Shown here piece after piece: positions 21,415 through 24,143 of a stretch of DNA of 24,143 bases. How positions within the stretch are numbered: the first letter of the stretch is position 1; every line of letters begins with the position of its first letter. The translations under genes were made by a program, and so were the position numbers. Source of the DNA: Octopus sinensis (Eukaryota). The DNA lies in assembly GCF_006345805.1 (NCBI RefSeq), contig NW_021836491.1, forward strand, positions 1 through 24,143, given 5' to 3'. The notes under the pieces were generated by a model that saw only the letters and a program-made list of their open reading frames with translations, was not told where the DNA came from and ran no database searches.

Positions 21415-21477
21415 ATATGTATCTATATACATGTGTAATGTACATATGCGTGTGTGAACGGATGTTTCGCCTGATAT

Positions 21478-21519
<42 letters not shown>

Positions 21520-21607
21520 TATGATATTATTATTATTATTATTATTATCATCATTATTATTAATATTATCATTATCATTATCATCATCATCATTATTATT
21601 ATTATTA

Positions 21608-21641
<34 letters not shown>

Positions 21642-21652
21642 CATTATTATTA

Positions 21653-21683
<31 letters not shown>

Positions 21684-21758
21684 CATTATTATTATTATTA
21701 TTATATTATTATTATTATTATTATTATTATTATCATTATTATTATTATTATTATTATC

Positions 21759-21802
<44 letters not shown>

Positions 21803-21843
21803 CATCATCATTATTATTATTATTATTATCATCATCATCATCA

Positions 21844-21880
<37 letters not shown>

Positions 21881-21921
21881 CATCATCATTATTATTATTA
21901 TTATTATTATCATCATCATCA

Positions 21922-21971
<50 letters not shown>

Positions 21972-21995
21972 GTCTTGTTGTTGTTGTTGTTGTTA
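21478..21995. repeat. (ATT)n with CAT interruptions, ending in (GTT)n
   Basis: Direct reading. Confidence 0.97.
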
Positions 21996-22369
21996 TTTAC
22001 CATGTTTTTTTTCTCTCATCTGCTTTCCCTTTATTCTTACTCATTTTCGTTCTTTAATGAATAAATTTCATTTCTCTTTAGAATTTATGGTAACAAAGTT
22101 CAGAGTTCTCGTCGAGAGCAATTGTTTATACAAAACAAACATACAAACAAACAACAACAACAACAAAAAACCCGACAAAAAACAAACAAAAAAAAAAACT
22201 AATTAAAAAGAAGGAAATAATTTATTTTGGCTTATCTATGCATAAGGCTCGTTTTTCAAAACTAAATATACAACAAACTACATAAGTATGAGAAATGGGA
22301 GTTCGTTAGAAAGAAGTCATCACTTGTGTCTTCAATCACTCAACCAATTAATTAAAATAATCAATATGT

Positions 22370-22660
22370 ATGTGTGTGTGTGTGTGTGTTTGCGTCTGCG
22401 AGCTTGTGTTTGTGTGCATGTGTGTGTATGCGTGTCTATTCGTATATATGAATATATATATATATACATGTATGTGTGTATGTGTGTATATATATATATA
22501 TATTTATATATATACATATATATTTATACATATTTATCTATATATATATAAGTATATGTATATGTGTGTATGTGTGTATATATATATATATATATACATA
22601 TATACATATATACATATTTATGCACACATGTATCTACAGACACACACACACACACATACA
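22370..22660. repeat. (TG)n, (TA)n and (CA)n mosaic
   Basis: Direct reading. Confidence 0.92.
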
Positions 22661-22915
22661 CATTTATAAGTAAGTCGCCATGTCAGACGAAAAACTTTTC
22701 GTTAGCAACATCGGACTAATTAATTGCTTTACATTATTTAACATCTTAAACGTTGTCTAGGGTTTCAGATCAGTTTATGTTACCATGAACCAGTACGCAG
22801 TAATATATCTATTGTTAATAACTGCACGTATGGTATTCCGTATCGTATACTACGTTTGACATTCAATATCTCAACCTTTGTATAATACTCCGCATCTAAT
22901 GTTAAGCAAGCAAGA

Positions 22916-23118
22916 GGCGATGAGCTGGCAGAATCGTTATCGTGCGGATCGAAATCTGTAGCAGTATTTCGTCCGTCTTTACCATGGGTTCAAATTCTAT
23001 CAAGGTCGACTTTACTTTTCATCCTTTCGGGGTCGATAACATATGTACCAGTTGATCACTGGGGTTGATGTAATAGACTTAATTTCTCCCCCGAAATTGT
23101 TCTCCCTGTACTAAAATC
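22916..23118 (+). mobile_element. SINE B', diverged
   Basis: B head and core, then the tail ctcccccgaaattgttctccctgtactaaaat, which is unlike the B tail. Confidence 0.8.
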
Positions 23119-23123
23119 TTCAA

Positions 23124-23213
23124 ATCTTCAAAGCCACAGTCGAACCAATTCTACTATATGGCTCAGAAACCTGGACGTTATCAAAGAAGCTTGAGAGGCG
23201 GTTGGATGGAACT
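23124..23213 (+). pseudogene. RTE-clade LINE fragment (post-RT region)
   Basis: Reads IFKATVEPILLYGSETWTLSKKLERRLDGT, containing the LLYGSETW motif typical of RTE ORFs. Confidence 0.88.
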
Positions 23214-23308
23214 TAGTGACCTTCTGTGTCTTCCATCCGACTGTGTATTTAGTGTATGTTCGTATATTTATTTACTACACATTGTTTCGAATTTTATATA
23301 TATATAAA

Positions 23309-23468
23309 AGGAGTGGCTGTGTGGTAATTAGCTTGCTAACCAACCACATTATTCCGGGTTCAGTCCCACTGCGTGGCATCTTGGGCAAGTGTCTTCTGCT
23401 ATAGCCCCGGGCCGACCAATGCCTTGCGAGTGGATTTGTTAGACGGAAACTGAAAGAAGCCTGTCGTA

Positions 23469-23501
<33 letters not shown>

Positions 23502-23507
23502 GATATA

Positions 23508-23538
<31 letters not shown>

Positions 23539-23902
23539 CTAAGCAATAAAGGGTTTAGCAACGATTGCCTTACCACATACCGAATTTGACAAATAGCAGT
23601 CAAAGAGTTATAGCTATTTCTTCTACTAAAAAGGGAGATCTCAGTAAAAACAGCAATATATATATATATATGTGTGTGCTTGTGTGTCTGTGTTTGTCCC
23701 CTTTGCATTGCTTGACAACCGATGCTGGTGTGTTTACGTCCCCGTCACTTAGCGGTTCGGCAAAAAGAGACCGACAGAGTAAGTACTGGGGCTTACAAAA
23801 GAATAAGTCCCGGGGTCGATTTGCTCGACTAAAAGGCGTTGCTCCAGCATGGCCGCAGTCAAATGACTGAAACAAGTAAAAGAGTAAAGAGTGTAAAAGA
23901 GT
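23309..23902 (+). mobile_element. SINE A, full length, with a ~118-bp insertion (23539-23656) in its internal (TA)n
   Basis: The 5' half (23309-23468) and 3' half (~23670-23902) are collinear with other copies. Confidence 0.92.
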
Positions 23903-23924
23903 ATATATTTACTCGTTTCAGTCA

Positions 23925-24143
23925 TGCGGCTGTGGTCCTGATTCCTTGGTCTTGGATTTAGATGGAGTGGATGATACCTTTGTTACTATACAATGGCCGC
24001 CAGTTGTGGCATTTGAAATTAGGTACTAGACCCTGTAGAGTTTTCCTTATGTACATTATTGCATATCTCTCACGCCTTTGCTCCAGAGAGGAAAGTTGCA
24101 GTTTTCTCAGCCTATCTCTGCAGCCCATCCGCTGCTCTCTTTC
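23925..24143 (-). pseudogene. CR1-clade LINE ORF2 C-terminal fragment running off the window end
   Basis: Reads MGCRDRLRKLQLSSLEQRRERYAIMYIRKTLQGLVPNF, then after a frameshift TGGHCIVTKV..GPQ. This matches the CR1-type YxERLxxLxLxSLExRRxR..IxxxKIxxG pattern. Confidence 0.8.

Noticed and set aside
22082-22089. Possible 8-nt microexon (ttctctttag|AATTTATG|gtaaca)
   Set aside because: It is not frame-preserving, such motifs arise often by chance in AT-rich DNA, and no host gene is evident.
182-22673. Long low-complexity ORFs in the track (poly-N/I/L/H/S/M/Y, MYVC and HTYI repeats, SLSL tracts)
   Set aside because: They are translations of tri-, di- and tetranucleotide repeats that lack stops by composition.
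23930-24030. Plus-strand FN3-like peptide (DDTFVTIQWPPVVAFEIRY)
   Set aside because: It is better explained as the antisense of the CR1 ORF2 fragment and ends in a stop.

Overview
AT-rich eukaryotic non-coding DNA, probably intronic or intergenic. The SINE families and microsatellite spectrum strongly resemble Octopus (cephalopod) genomes; this is inferred from recall, not a search. No intact host gene can be supported, and almost all ORF-track hits are microsatellite or SINE artefacts. The window is a mosaic of three tRNA-derived SINE families (called A, B/B' and C here), decayed LINE 3' fragments (R4/Dong-like RLE, two RTE, one CR1), a hAT-type terminal fragment and large simple-repeat tracts. 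Two signals stand out. (1) Two head-to-tail multimers of SINE B (6 and 4 units) are each bracketed by one target-site duplication and share an identical palindromic junction, suggesting multimeric or rolling-type retroposition. (2) An apparently intact type I hammerhead ribozyme lies at 17794-17858, and three decayed minimal hammerheads sit in short Penelope-LTR-like cassettes.
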